From Octopus vulgaris (taxonomy: Eukaryota): DNA of 64,000 nt. Both the position numbers and the translations under genes were made by a program. Below the pieces are notes generated by a model. It did no database searches. It was not told where the DNA came from and saw only the letters and a list, made by a program, of their open reading frames with translations. The stretch is from contig OX597819.1 of the NCBI GenBank assembly GCA_951406725.2, positions 131,316,001 to 131,380,000 on the forward strand. Direction: 5' to 3'. Positions 13,808 to 27,240 of the stretch are shown here, piece by piece (position 1 is the first letter of the stretch; the number at the start of each line of letters is the position of its first letter).

Positions 13808-15367
13808 AAAAGGAAGAGGAGATTTATTCACATCGAACACTTTTTATAAAAACAATTTTCTATAGTACATATAACAATGAATACTATGTAATTCGAGTGT
13901 TGTGCATAGCCTGCATCTATACCTTTATGAGAACGAAAACAATTGCAGCGTGGAAGGTGTTTATAAGCCATTTAAGAAACACGCAAAAACCGTTAGATTC
14001 ACTTCAACATTTAAATTTAATTTGCCAAAATATTTTCGTCGCTTTGAGACCGCGACCTCTTCACTGACAAAATTCCGTGCTGCATCTGAGAAAGTAACAG
14101 TTAGTTCATGATATGTATGTATGTATGTATGTATGAATGTATGTATGTATGTATGAATGTATGTATGTATGTGTACATGTATGTGCGTATACATATGCGT
14201 ACTTCCTGGCTGCAATTATATATATATATACTAGCATTATGACCCGTCGTTGCCGGGTCATAGTGCTAGTGCATGTATATATCTCTCTATATATAAACGG
14301 CAGTTTGTCTGTGTGTGTTTCTGTGTGTCTGTTTGCTTGTACCCTCACCCTGACCACGGCTTTCAACCGATTCTGATGAAACTTGACACACACATAGCCC
14401 AATGTCATAATTCAAAACTAACGCAGCGAAAATTTTTAAAAGTTCCCCCAGTTCTGAAAAAAATCGATAAATTCGACATGGGGTCGAGAATCAGAAACAC
14501 AAACCACAGACTGTCTAGGGGACGCACATCGACCTTTTTAACTAAAAAAAAAATTTACCATCATTTTTTCCCAATTTTTTGGCTATAACTATCTAAAAAT
14601 GCTTTATAGTTATTTCCCTTACAAACCCGAGCAACGCCGGGCGATACTGCTAGTGTGTATATATATGTGTGTACACATTACATATACATCTACACATAAA
14701 ATACAAAATACAAAGTTATATCTTGATATCGCTAGTGATAACAATACTCAAAATATATAACAGACTGGAATTCTAAGCCCGTCTCTTGCAATTTTGATCA
14801 ATTGTATCTTGTCCTCCCTCTTGTATAGAAGTGTGGCTACAATCCAGCCTACCTCTACTGCTGGGGGGGGGGGGGGTTAATTTTTATCCGGGACCTCCTA
14901 CGTCCCAGATATAAAGGTAAAAATAAAATATTTCCACTTTGCAAGTTCGAGTCGAGTACTCCCTTGCACACTCCGTTGACTCGAACCTTGCTTCTATTGT
15001 GGCGAATTTACCGCCTCTGGTTAGATATCTTTCATAGTCGCACCAAGACACTTTTCCAGGGCGTTGTGAGTGTTTATTGAGCGAAAACACCTAAAAAGCT
15101 CCACGAGGCTCCGGCAGGGGGTGGTGATCGCTGCTGTACTCTTTCACCACACTTTCTCCCACTCTTTCTTCTGTTGGCCTGCTTGCTTAGCCAGCGGGGT
15201 GGCGTCATTCAAAGGCTAAAACAATGCGAACGCATTGTGACCAGCGATGTGTAACAACATCTGATGGTCTGGTCGGTCACGTGATATATATACATATATG
15301 TATACAAGTATACATCTGCGTGTACAGATATGTGTATGAATGCAAATATATAAGGTAATATATGATA

Positions 15368-16540
15368 CTAGCAGAGTTACCCGGCGTTGCCCGAGTTACA
15401 TACAATTGAAGAATTAGACTTTTCTGTTATATTTTCTCTAATGAACTGCAATATCTATGTTTCGAATTTCATCAAAATTGCAGATGAGCATTATTTCCCT
15501 CTTTACATACAGAAATGAAAGTTGGACCACTATACTGATACGTAACTGGACAGAATAAATATACAATCTATAAATGTCTTTGAATATCTAGTAACTCATC
15601 TGAGAAGGCCTTGAAATCAATGTTACCATGTGGGGACTATGTGTGACCCAGTGATAATAAAAAGACTGAAAGAAGATCTGCAATCAAATAACTTTACTCA
15701 AAGCTTTGCAACTGAATCAGTGGAGGCAAAGATGCCTCTCATTTAGTTGACAATTTATACAGCACATTGCAGAAATCACCATGTAAGTATATGTCAAAGC
15801 AAACTCTTACACTGTTGTACCATTGAATTACAAATAATGCTCATCTTCTATGCTCGGATGACCCCACAGCTTCCAAGATTTCAACTATTCGTCTTTGCTT
15901 AGATAAAATGACAAAATTGTGGGTGTTAAGTCCCCATGAAGGGGTCTTTCTAACTTGTAAGAAGATAAAATTATATAAATATTACTTCATTTGTATCTAA
16001 TATCTATGGTTAAAATTTCCTCAACAGCAAAAATATATGAATTGTCATGGGGGTAATGGCCCTTATGCATAGAATATAATTTCCAAATTTCATAAAGATC
16101 CATTCAGTACTTTTGACTTAGTTTTAGATCATAAAAGAAATGACTAAAATTTGAAAGTTAAGGCCCCCATTAGGGTGTCTTAGAATCCTCATGTGAAGTG
16201 GAAACTTTTGAGAATACTTCTTGATGTGTGTCAACCCATGGTTGAAATTTCATCAACATCGAAAATTTATGAATTTTCATGAGGGGTTCTGCCCCCTTTA
16301 AGCCATCTGAAATTCAAACCAAACATATTGCATTATACCCGCCCTTATGCATTGAATCTAAGTTTCAAATATCATAAGAATTCATTCAGAAATTTTGGTC
16401 CATGAAATTTTATGAAACACACAGCATTGCTCTTCTCCCTGGGCTTCGATTTTGTGTGACAAATTTCATTATGATCGGTGCAGCAGTTTTCGAATGTATA
16501 AGTAATACACGAACACATAAAGACATTGTCTTTGATATAA
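15368..16540 (-). mobile_element. Non-autonomous Helitron-like element
   Basis: ctagcagagttacccggcgttgcccgag terminus; aaatttcat subrepeats. Confidence 0.55.
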
Positions 16541-16574
16541 TAAATATGAATGTATATATATATGTGTGTGTGTA

Positions 16575-16623
<49 letters not shown>

Positions 16624-16877
16624 TATATATATATATATATATACACACACAAAGGTAAATTGATAGATACAACTGAGTGGGCAAACAAAAATATGAGGTA
16701 CAGCGTAGTGCTTTTTTTATGTTGATAAGCCTGGTACTTATTCTATTAGTTTCTTCATAAGAAACCAGTAAGTTATGAGGATGTAAATAAACGAACAGCA
16801 GTTGTGAAGCAGTGATGAGGGTGAAATATATACATACATATATATATACGATTGATTTCTTTAAGTTCCTATCTATG

Positions 16878-16944
<67 letters not shown>

Positions 16945-16945
16945 A

Positions 16946-16977
<32 letters not shown>

Positions 16978-17485
16978 CACACACAAATATAAATTGTGTG
17001 GGCAAACAAAATATGAGATACTGCCTAGTGGGTTTTTTATTTTGATAAGCCTGGTACTTATTCTATCAGTTTCTTCTTGTGAAACCAGTAAGTTATGGGG
17101 ATGTAAATAAACGAACACCAGTTGTGAGGCAGTGATAAGGGAGAAACACAAAGACACACACACAGACTTACATATATACATACATATATATACGATTGAT
17201 TTCTTTCAATTTCTGTCTACAAAATCCCCTGACAAGGCTTTGGTTGGTCTCAGGCTATAGCAGAAGACACATGCCAAGTTACCACACAGTGGAATGGAAC
17301 TGAGGACCATGTGTTTTGGAACCAAGTTTGTTACCACACAGCCACACCTGCACCTATGAATGTGTGTGTGTGTGTATGGGTGTATATATTTATGCATGTA
17401 TATATGTGAATATATGTGTACATATTACATGTACATCTATATATATATATATATATATATATTATATTATATATATATATATATA

Positions 17486-17955
17486 TAAGGGTAGAAATTG
17501 ATATTTATCAATTAAAACTAGTGGTCTAGCATATTAAAAAAAGAATCCGAAGATTAAAATATTTATATATACCAATTAAGGACTGAACACGAAAAGTGGA
17601 CAGTCAACATGCTAGATATAGACGTCAAATTGCCATTCTCCACAAAAGATTATGTTCTCAAATCAAACTCAGCACAAAACCGAAGCAATAAACAAGTGAA
17701 AATATACGAAATAAAATAATTACCCATGTACTGATCAGTTTCGGCTATTATTTTCCGCAAGGATAACTGTAGCCTTCATCAGCATGGCCTGTTATAAATG
17801 CAATTTGCTGGACTAGATGCAAAAACGATACCGGAGTATCGCGTGCATGGAGTCCAACATATTACATTCGAATATATCTTTGAAATGCCTTTACTTTGGC
17901 GCGTTGAGACCCGAAAAAACCAGCCTGCAGCTAATAATTAGCAGCAGTCAATTTA
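17486..17955 (-). mobile_element. Hammerhead-bearing Penelope pLTR-like / non-autonomous element inserted in (TA)n
   Basis: Contains the ribozyme at 17724-17787; related copy in opposite orientation at ~43034-43320. Confidence 0.55.
17724..17787 (-). ncRNA. Type I hammerhead ribozyme with minimal palindromic helix III (Penelope/retrozyme type)
   Basis: Minus strand: CCAUG CUGAUGA A GGCUA...UAGCC GAAA CUGAUCAG UA CAUGG; helices I and II pair fully and the core is intact. Confidence 0.8.
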
Positions 17956-20853
17956 TGTATATATATATATATATATATACATGTATACATACACATCTAT
18001 ATGTATAGAAATAAATGTATACATATACAGCTATATACACATACACACACACACACACATACATAGGTGCAGGTGTGGCTGTGTGGTAACAAACTTCGTT
18101 CCAAAACACATGGTCCTGGGTTTAAATTTAATTTTAAAATAATAAGGGTGAGAAATTGAATATTAATTTGATTAATATGAATTGAAAACCAGTGGTGTAG
18201 CATATAAGACCATAGCGGATCTTCTTATAACAAAATGGATGACCACTGTTAATGGTTCATCCCTCTTATATAATAGTTTAACTTTAATAGTTTCAGTATT
18301 AAAGTGAAAGTATCTGACATTACAATAGAGAGATGTTTTTGTTTCACTTTTAACACGTAATACTGAAATAGTGGAGAAGATATGATATTGCTGTGGACCC
18401 TAAGTAAGGCATGTGTAAAATTTGAATGAAATTGGTTGTGTAGTTCTCAAGTTTTAGGGAAACACATAGACAGACAGACAGACACACACACACACACACA
18501 TTCTCAGTTTTATATATATAGATATATATCCCAGTTAGGCCCTCTCTGTTACGACTGCCACTCTGCCCTCTAGTATGGCCGATTTGCCACTGATTATTTT
18601 ATAATGAAGATAATTAATAAGGAGAATGTGTAAAAATGGACATATACAACTTGAGATGAAATGAATTGGCAAGCGACGATTTAGTCTCCGTTATAAAATA
18701 CAATGATTGCCAATACATGAAATAAAACAACAGGGTTACAACAGAGATGTGTGAGAGACTTTGTGGTTAGGTTGGACTGATTTTGTAGACAAAGTTGACG
18801 TACTTTTTTGGTGGTGTGTAGAGGTAGCCGTTGGTCTATTGCTCGTGTAGTGTTCATGTTGCAATGATGTAGACAGGCGTCTGGTGGAGGTGAGAGCAGA
18901 GACTGGCTAGTGTCAGAACATCGTTGCCGGAGACGAGTTGCGTATGGTCAGTGGCGTGTGCCAAAGACCTAGAACAGTCGAGAATTGCCGTTCTTAAAGA
19001 GATCAGTGGGATCCCAAAAGCTGGTGGTTAATTTCCCGCGTAAGTTAAACTAAACTGTTGCGTTAACGCGATTGGACAGCTAGAAACCGACCAATCCAAA
19101 CAACAGGTTCGTTTAATCACAAAGTCATGTGACCTGCTGGAACGAAAAGGGCTTGTGGAACCTATATTCGAGCATTTAAGCTTAAATGAGTCAAAACGAA
19201 AACATCTCACACAATGACAGTATAAATCACTTCTGCTACAGTTTCTGATCCTGTCCGACTAGTCCTCGAGCGTTTGAGGTCTCCTTGGAATACTGGGGAG
19301 AGAAGCCGGCTCCCTTCTTGTTTTTCTTCTTCTGCCCTTCTTTCGGTGTTCAAGTAACAAAGTAACAAAGTACAACTCTAGCGAGGGAAGTTTAATCAAT
19401 TTAATGTACTTGATTGGTACTTTATTCTATCGCTCTCCAGCAGAAGAAGAATACAAAAAGGGTGACCATGGTAAGATTTGAACTCACAAAGTAAAGAGCT
19501 GTAACTAAGTACTGCACAGCAGTTTGTTCGACGCTCTAAAAGTCGTGTTCTTATCCATAATAGTGATTTTTTTTTATCACTGACACAAAGTCAGAAATTA
19601 GGCGGGTTAGATGCTTAAATTGACCTCAAGATGCAGATGGTGTTTTATTCTATCTATCTCCGAAGAATACAAAGGCAGTGTTGATCTTGGTGGATTTTCA
19701 GATCGTAAAAGGCCCGACATACATTGCAACCCCCCCCCCATCACATAATATCTTAACATCTGTTGTTTTTAAAGATCTGTTTCCGTTTTCTTCTCCATCG
19801 TCTTCTTCTTTTTTCCCGTTTTCCTTTCTTCCTTCCTTTCAAATAGCGTTTAATATTTCCTCTCTTCTTTTTCTTGCAGAAATAATGGAGTTTGAGTCTG
19901 TTTCTCCGCCATCGCCGAAGTTGGCCCAGTGAACTGGACATATGTCAAAGTGCCAAGGGATATCGACCTTTGAAACAATACACCATTACTGCCGCCGCTG
20001 CTGTTATTGCTGTTACTATTGTTGATGTTGGCCCAGATGGTGTCAATGTAGCTCCCTTTATCTTTTCATCGATGCTACTGCTGCTGTTGTTGCTGCTGCT
20101 GCTGCCGCTACTGCTGCTGCTGTTGTTGTTGTTGTTGCAGCAATGGTGTCCTTTCCTCTTTCTCGTTTCGGTTGTACAGGCTGAATGCTTTGAGATGGTG
20201 AAGTATTACACAGACGTGGAGTTTCGATCATCTCGCCCACACAATTACAGTTCTGTCCCTTTCGGCAGAAAGATAAGGTCTGGGATTTTTCCCAGCTGTT
20301 TGGGCTTTGCTTGTAGAAGGAGCTCCGGTGCGGTCCCGAACTAGCTCTCTTTGGAAGAATATCGCTCCCCTCCAACACTGCGCACGCCAGGATACACCAG
20401 GGATGTAGCTCTGGTGGGACTCTCAGATACTAGGCTTACAAAGAATAAGGCCTGGGGTCGATTTGCTCCAGCCTGGGCGCAGTCACATGACCGAAACAAG
20501 TAAAAGAATGAAAGAATATATCGCTAAACATCACAAGATGAGAGAACGATTGCTTCGCATCCTTAAAGCACAGGAAACGCAAGGAAGGCTTAAATTACAA
20601 CACAGTAGAAGACTATGTGTGTGTGTGTGTGTGTGTGTGTGTACACGCACGCACACATACACGCACGCACACATACACGCACGCGCACGCGGACACGCAC
20701 ACATACTTATGAATATATACATATATACACATTGCTTTATACGTTTGAACGAATAATATAGTGCGTGTGTTTATTTGGCAAAAAAAAAACAAAAAAAACA
20801 ACCGTCCTGGAATATAACATTTGTCTCTCTCTCTATATATATATGTGTGTGTA

Positions 20854-21537
20854 TGTAGTGGATCTTGCAGGCATGAAGTGGATTCGATCCTAGATAGCCA
20901 AATTTAAATTAACCCTTCAACAGCACTTTTCTCACGGTAAAACAATAGTTTTTCTGTGACAGCAACTTACATTTGCCATTTGCCTTAGCTATGTCGAAAT
21001 ATTGTCTTCGCCACTTGACCCTGCTAACCTCTTCTAGGCCACCAAAAGCTAGAATTAAGATAACAAGTACCACCAACGAAATCCATTGTTCTCAACGACA
21101 TTTCTATCCTTCTGGATAGTTATAAAAAACAAGAACCCCCAAGCAAAAGTCAGTTAGTGACAACTCGAGTTTGTGAGAACCCGAGTTAGGGAGAGCGACC
21201 ATCAGTTAGTGAACGGACAGCTAGTCAGGGCCACAAGAAGGCAGCTAATATAGACGAATGGTCAGAAGAAGAAGATTACAATCAGCAACAAGAAGACCCA
21301 ACTTTTACTCGCTCAATTTCTTTTCTCTTACAACATCATTCTATCTCTATCTGTGGATTACCAAGAGAACACAAACTATACAAAGAAAATCTACGACATC
21401 TATCTTTACTTCGCATGCTTTTCCATTTACTAATTATACATACCAACCCGTCGTGGTTTTGGATTTCTTTTTTACAATGTAACAGTAAAAATAAATATTT
21501 TCTTCACGACTTCAATCACTGTTCTTTCATCTTTACA
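20854..21537 (+). mobile_element. Possible LTR relic
   Basis: TGT...ACA termini, internal AATAAA, followed by a TGG PBS-like start. Confidence 0.3.
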
Positions 21538-21674
21538 TAATGGCAATCAACGAAGATTACAACTCCGACGTTCCATACTATTGTTCACAAATTGATTTCA
21601 ACCATTACAAAAATAAACTTCTACCGTTACATATATTCCTGTGTGTGTGTGTGTGTGTGTGTATACACGCATAC

Positions 21675-22055
21675 GGAGGCACAATGGCCCAGTGGTTAGG
21701 GCAGCGGACTCGCGGTCATAGGATCGCGGTTTCGATTCCCAGACCGGGCGTTGTGAGTGTTTATTGAGCGAAAACATCTAAAAAAGTTCCACGAGGCTCC
21801 GGCAGGGGATGGTGGTGATCCCTGCTGTACTCTTTCACCACAACTTTCTCTCACTCTTGCTTCCTGTTTCTGTTGTACCTGTATTTCAAAGGGCTGGCCT
21901 TGTCACTCTCTGTGTCACGCTGAATATCCCCGAGAACTGCGTTAAGGGTGCACGTGTCTGTGGAGTGCTCAGCCACTTACACGTTAATTTCACGAGCAGG
22001 CTGTTCCGTTGATTCGGATCAACCGGAACCCTCGTCATCGTAACCGACAGAGTGC
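21675..22055 (+). mobile_element. tRNA-headed SINE family C (other copies 1-98 -, ~15060-15280 +, 60155-60520 -)
   Basis: tggcccagtggttagg...ggtttcgattccc tRNA-like head; conserved body. Confidence 0.85.
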
Positions 22056-22636
22056 TTCCATCCATACACGCATACATACACATACATATTCATATACAAC
22101 TATGCACGTATACACACATTTACATATGTGTGTATACGTGTGTGGGTGTGTGAACGTATGTTCTTCCGCGCATGTTTGTTTACAATTCGTAGATCGATGA
22201 TATTCTCGGAAAAGGAAGTAATATTTTGAAACCAAATGGGTTTACTATTTAATTTAACACGTGTGTGTGTGCGTGCGCGCGCGAGTGAAATCGCTAATGA
22301 AGAGGTCAATACTTTAATGAGTGGACTGTGTCATTAATCCAATGGCTGTGAACTGCTTCTGGTGCAGTAAGTGACGACAACACTTGTGTGTCTGTGTGTG
22401 AGCAACTTCGTGTCCAAGGTTTTATTCAGATGCGTAACAAACGAATTCATACGGTGAGTACACAATGTTCAGTAAAGTTATCTGGGACTGAAGTGAAAGG
22501 TTCTGAACATCTTGCCATAGTTCCACGATGACAGTGAGAAAAGAGGAGGAATTCAAAGTACAAAAATTACTTTCGGACAGGCACTAAGCGTAGAATACCA
22601 TGGCGAGTTGCTGGTAGGAAAGAATATCAAATCTGT

Positions 22637-22698
<62 letters not shown>

Positions 22699-22777
22699 CT
22701 CTTGTTGACCTTGTCGCCTCTTGGAGAAGAGGAGGGACATTCAATTGGAATTCGCTCTTAAGTAGGCGATATGCTTC

Positions 22778-23004
22778 GCGAGTTGGCAGAATCGTTAGCA
22801 CGCCGGGCGAAATGCGTAGCCGTATTTCGTCTGCCGTTACGTTCTGAGTTCAAATTCCGCCCAGGTCCACTTTGCCTTTCATCCTTTCGGGGTCGATTAA
22901 GTAAGTACCAGTTACGCACTGAGGTCGATGTAATCGACTTAATCCGTTTGTCTGTCCTTGTTTGTCCCCTCTGTGTTTAGTCCCTTGTGGGTAATAAAGA
23001 AACG
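22778..23004 (+). mobile_element. SINE family B with 10-bp TSD
   Basis: gatatgcttc on both sides. Confidence 0.85.
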
Positions 23005-23299
23005 GATATGCTTCCTACGTGTCGTTCAATAGTTACGTCTTGTACGCGCGAGTAAAGGGGGAGATAACCAAAGTTCGCGTGTATTTAGTGTCTCTAACCA
23101 ACTCTCACTCCCACTCCGTTTGTTGTTTAGCCTCCTTTTCCCAGTGCAACTGACGACACACAAGATATCCATAAATTATCTTTACAACTTCCTCACTTCC
23201 GAAATTCAAATTGTAATAGTAATTAATCCCCCAGAACCATTTTTGTGGAGGGAAAGTTCACAGTGAGCATGACGGAAGTCAGATTATTTGAAAACACTA

Positions 23300-24060
23300 A
23301 AAAAAAAAACCCTGATTACCAATTTTATTTAGTGAAATTAGCGGCCAACGTACAAACTTGCTTTTTATAAGTATATAGATATAACCAGATAGACAAAACA
23401 GAAAGAATAGACAAAGAAAGACATTATGGACGGCACTGGCTAAGGATTTCTGAAAGTTATCGACCGGTCCCGGGCCGAAAGTTCTCCAGAAGAGAGCAGC
23501 TAACTGATTGTCTTCGACGCCCAAGGTCTCCCCAGCAACGTCGTCGCACTTTTCCCTCCCATTACTAATCCTCCATGGAACGCTCTAAAGTGGACTTCCC
23601 ATCTATCACAGTGTCAGGTTGGTTGAAGGATCTGGGCATTCCACTTTTCAAATATCTTCCCTCGGTCTCTGTTTGACCCAGGACTACAGCTCCGTTAAGG
23701 AGAGCAGTTGGGGAAACACGTGTCTGGAAAACGGCGACCACACCTGTTCACCGCCAAGGAAGCGCTTGCGATGTCGTAGGCTTAGCGCATGTTTACAGGT
23801 CATCGGTCACGACATGCACAGTCCACCATGGCGCAACACAGAGGCATTTTTGTCCCTCTTATTAATCAGCAGCAATTTCCTCTTTATGAACAGCAAAAGT
23901 ATATTTTCCTGGATAGGTAGCGTCTATCGCAGGTCCAGGAGAAATACTTTTCGATCAAGCCTTTTGATATTCTCCGGTTTACGGAATATGTTCTCTTGCA
24001 TAACTTTCTGCTTGTGGGGTAAATATTTCTCGATGACTCAAATGATTTATAATTCTCCTG
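23300..24060 (-). mobile_element. Probable decayed Tx1/L1-type LINE fragment
   Basis: GC-richer, stop-interrupted coding-like sequence (..LAALFWRTFGPGPVDNFQKSLA); a similar-type 3' end (FKRRW..) at ~8910-9270. Confidence 0.35.
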
Positions 24061-24062
24061 AG

Positions 24063-24156
<94 letters not shown>

Positions 24157-24157
24157 A

Positions 24158-24965
24158 TTGGGTCATCACATAAATAATACGGTTTTTTCAATTGCATGAA
24201 CTAAAAGTCGGAGGGGGACGGGATAAACTACCTGCAACCACTTGCTATAAAAGCAGGTAGCAATATTACCTTGTCCTTATTCTTAGTGCAAGTTTTGAAG
24301 AGTGCACTTCGATTTTTTCAAAGCTATAATAGAAGTGGTAAAGGAGCATATTCGGCACATTTTGCTTTATGAGTTCAATAAAGGCAACAACACAATGGAA
24401 AGTGTGATGAATATTAATGCAGTATATGGGGATCAGACAACAAGCATAAGCCAGTGTCAACAGCGGTTCCAGAAATTCCGAGTCATACTAGAAGATCTGT
24501 AGAGCTCAATGAGGATGCCCTGTAAACCCTGGTGGAACTAAATCATATTGTAACTCTTGAGGAACTAGCAGAGAAGCTTGGATTTGGTCATACAACCATT
24601 CATTAAAACCTGCGTGCCATCGGAAAAGTCAGCAAATTGGGGCAATGGGTTCCTCACAAACTTTCAGAGTCTAATCGCGCGCAGAGAGTGAATGTGTGCT
24701 CTTCTTTGTGGTTACATCTCACGAATGAACTCTTTCTTGCCCCGCTCGCTATATTCGCCAGACTTTGTCCCATCTGATTATCCACAGTCTTCAAAATCAT
24801 TTGGACGGAAAAAATATGAATTCTGTAGATGAGGTCAGAACAGTACTGGAGAAGTATTTTTCGTCGTGGACAAGTGAATTTTGGAAGAAGGGCCTTGCAA
24901 GTCTACCAGACAGATGGAAGGGAATCGTAGAAAATGAAGGAGAGTATATCTTAGGTTAAAAAAGA
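24158..24965 (+). mobile_element. Internally deleted mariner transposon relic
   Basis: KEHIRHILLYEF...YG HTH region, WVPHKL, YSPDFVPSD, LPDRW..IVENEGEY. Confidence 0.85.
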
Positions 24966-24968
24966 ACT

Positions 24969-25287
24969 TTGTATGTATGTATGTATGTATGTATGTATGT
25001 ATGTATGTATGTATGTATGTATGTATGTATGTTTGTATGTATGTATGTTTGTATGTATGTATGCATGTATGTATGTATGTATGCATGTATGTATGTATGT
25101 ATGTTTGTATGTATGTATGTATGTGTGTATGTGTGTATGTTTGTATGTATGTATGTATGTTTGTATGTATGTACGTATGTATGTGTGTATGTGTGTGCAT
25201 GTATGTATGTACATAAGTATGTATGTATGTATGTATGTATGTATGTGTGTGTGTGTGTGTGTATGTATGTGTGTATGTATGTGTGTA

Positions 25288-25320
<33 letters not shown>

Positions 25321-25821
25321 ATGTGTGTGTTTGTATGTATGTATGTATGTATGTATGTATGTATGTATGTGTGTATGTGTGTATGTATGTGTGTATGTGT
25401 GTATGTATGTGTGTATGTGTGTATGTGTGTATGTATGTATGTATGTATGTATGTATGTATGTGTGTATGTATGTGTGTATGTGTGTATGTATGTATGTAT
25501 GTATGTGTGTATGTTTGTATGTATGTATGTATGTATGTATGTATGTATGTGTGTATGTGTGTATGTATGTGTGTATGTGTGTATGTATGTGTGTATGTGT
25601 GTATGTATGTATGTATGTATGTATGTATGTGTGTATGTATGTGTGTATGTGTGTATGTGTGTATGTATGTATGTATGTATGTGTGTATGTATGTGTGTAT
25701 GTATGTATGTATGTATGTATGTATGTATGTATGTATGTATGTTTGTATGTATGTATGTTTGTATGTATGTGTGTGCATGTATGTATGTACATAAGTATGT
25801 ATGCATGTATGTATGTATGTG

Positions 25822-25855
<34 letters not shown>
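24969..25855. repeat. Long compound (TATG)n/(TG)n microsatellite
   Basis: Direct inspection. Confidence 0.95.
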
Positions 25856-26603
25856 GTGAAGGCGCGTGGTTTAGTGGTTAGGGTCACGATCGCAATGCCA
25901 TGAGTTCGATTCCCAACGTCGCGTTGTGTCCTTCAGCAAGAAAACTCTATTTCAAGCCCATTCAGTTGGCAAAAATCAGTTGTACCAGTAATTCAATAAC
26001 TAATGAGGATTTCTTCTTTCAGGGTGTTCAGACTTGTCCGTCGCCACCCGAGCATTGACCTCGTCCGCTGCAAGCATTACGATGGTACAACCACTCTGGA
26101 GATGTTCGGTTTGGGTGGTTTGGCTTTATCAATCTCTTTCTCACTTCCCACCTTAGTTCCTCTCCCAGATCCTCAGGTAGTCCTTATGGCTACTTACACG
26201 ATGCGGATTCTGTTTTCCATTCTCTGACCTTTGAGCTTCGTGAACTTTTTAATCTGGCCGGCTTTCGGCTTTCTTGTACGATTTATTCGGATTCTGTTGG
26301 ATTCTTTCCCTGTCTTCGCCTCGGGTTATTCTTTCATGTAATTAAGATAATTTGTCACAGATTTCCTTCTTTGGTTTTTTTTTTCCCAAAGATTATAGTG
26401 TTTCCTTTCTAGGAGGAGGGCGTATCTCTCTCTCTCTCTCCACGGCTCTCTGTGCCATCGTAGGTTTCACCGATGTAATAATTGCCAAGTCAAATGGTAT
26501 CATCCTTGAGTCCCTATATCTGCACAGGAATATAAGATGGTTTGAGTGTCGAGTTAGTTTCAGATTTAATTTCTATGTGTGTCGCCATTGATGTTTTGTA
26601 TCG

Positions 26604-26672
26604 ACTCCATTCCGATCGGATTATATCGGCTCCATTCCGATCGGATTATATCGGCTCCATTCCGATCGGATA
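26604..26672. repeat. 25-bp tandem repeat, ~3 copies, containing palindrome tccgatcgga
   Basis: ctccattccgatcggattatatcgg. Confidence 0.85.
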
Positions 26673-26869
26673 ATACAATTCTATATTTGTGAGATGAGGA
26701 ATTTATATTATGTTAGGAATGTTGTCCTTATTTTGATTGTTGCTTTCACTACAGTTTGGCTGTCGCATGTTCCAGACTTCTTCGGGTGTCTTGTGATTTG
26801 CGATTCACCTTAATAATGCCTTGCCAAGGAGTTGAACTCAGTACTTCCAGGTATCTGCACTGCATTAAC

Positions 26870-27240
26870 CAACGCCTTTGTTCCATAGGCAGTGACAGAC
26901 TGAATTTTTAGACTGCGGTAAAGTCCACAAAGGAGAAACATGGCGCTCCCTTAAAGAGCAGATAAATACTGGGAAGCCGTGACACCAGGTGGAGTGGGGG
27001 AGATTGAAGAGTGAGGTAGAGCTGATGAGGTCAGGGTGAATGGGAAGCTGCGACCCCCGCGCGATGAAGAGAAAATCATAGACAGAGAAAACCACTGGGA
27101 AATTGGAAAACTCAAGGAAGCAGTGCATATGTTAGGACGTATCAACCCAGAAAGCAGGCCAAGTGCAGAGATGGATGCAATGTGGGGACCAATAATGAAA
27201 AAAGAAAAAGGCAGGCTGCCACAATCGATTACATTGGCAT
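26870..27240 (+). mobile_element. Penelope-like GIY-YIG C-terminal fragment
   Basis: KIIDRENHW...KLKEAVHM...W.PIMKK pattern. Confidence 0.6.

Noticed and set aside
20282-20293. kB-like GGGATTTTTCCC
   Set aside because: Isolated motif 17 kb from the cytokine-like promoter in TE-like sequence; no support.
19892-20378. Poly-Leu / poly-Ala-Thr ORFs resembling a signal peptide
   Set aside because: (CTG/TTG)n trinucleotide repeat; no coherent exon chain could be built.
21675-21750. tRNA-like sequence
   Set aside because: SINE head with A/B boxes running into the SINE body; not a tRNA gene.
24835-25903. Long ORFs (up to 350 aa) of HTYI/MYVC repeats
   Set aside because: Translations of a (TATG)n/(TG)n microsatellite; the same applies to the 32-34, 42, 45 and 47-48 kb ORFs.
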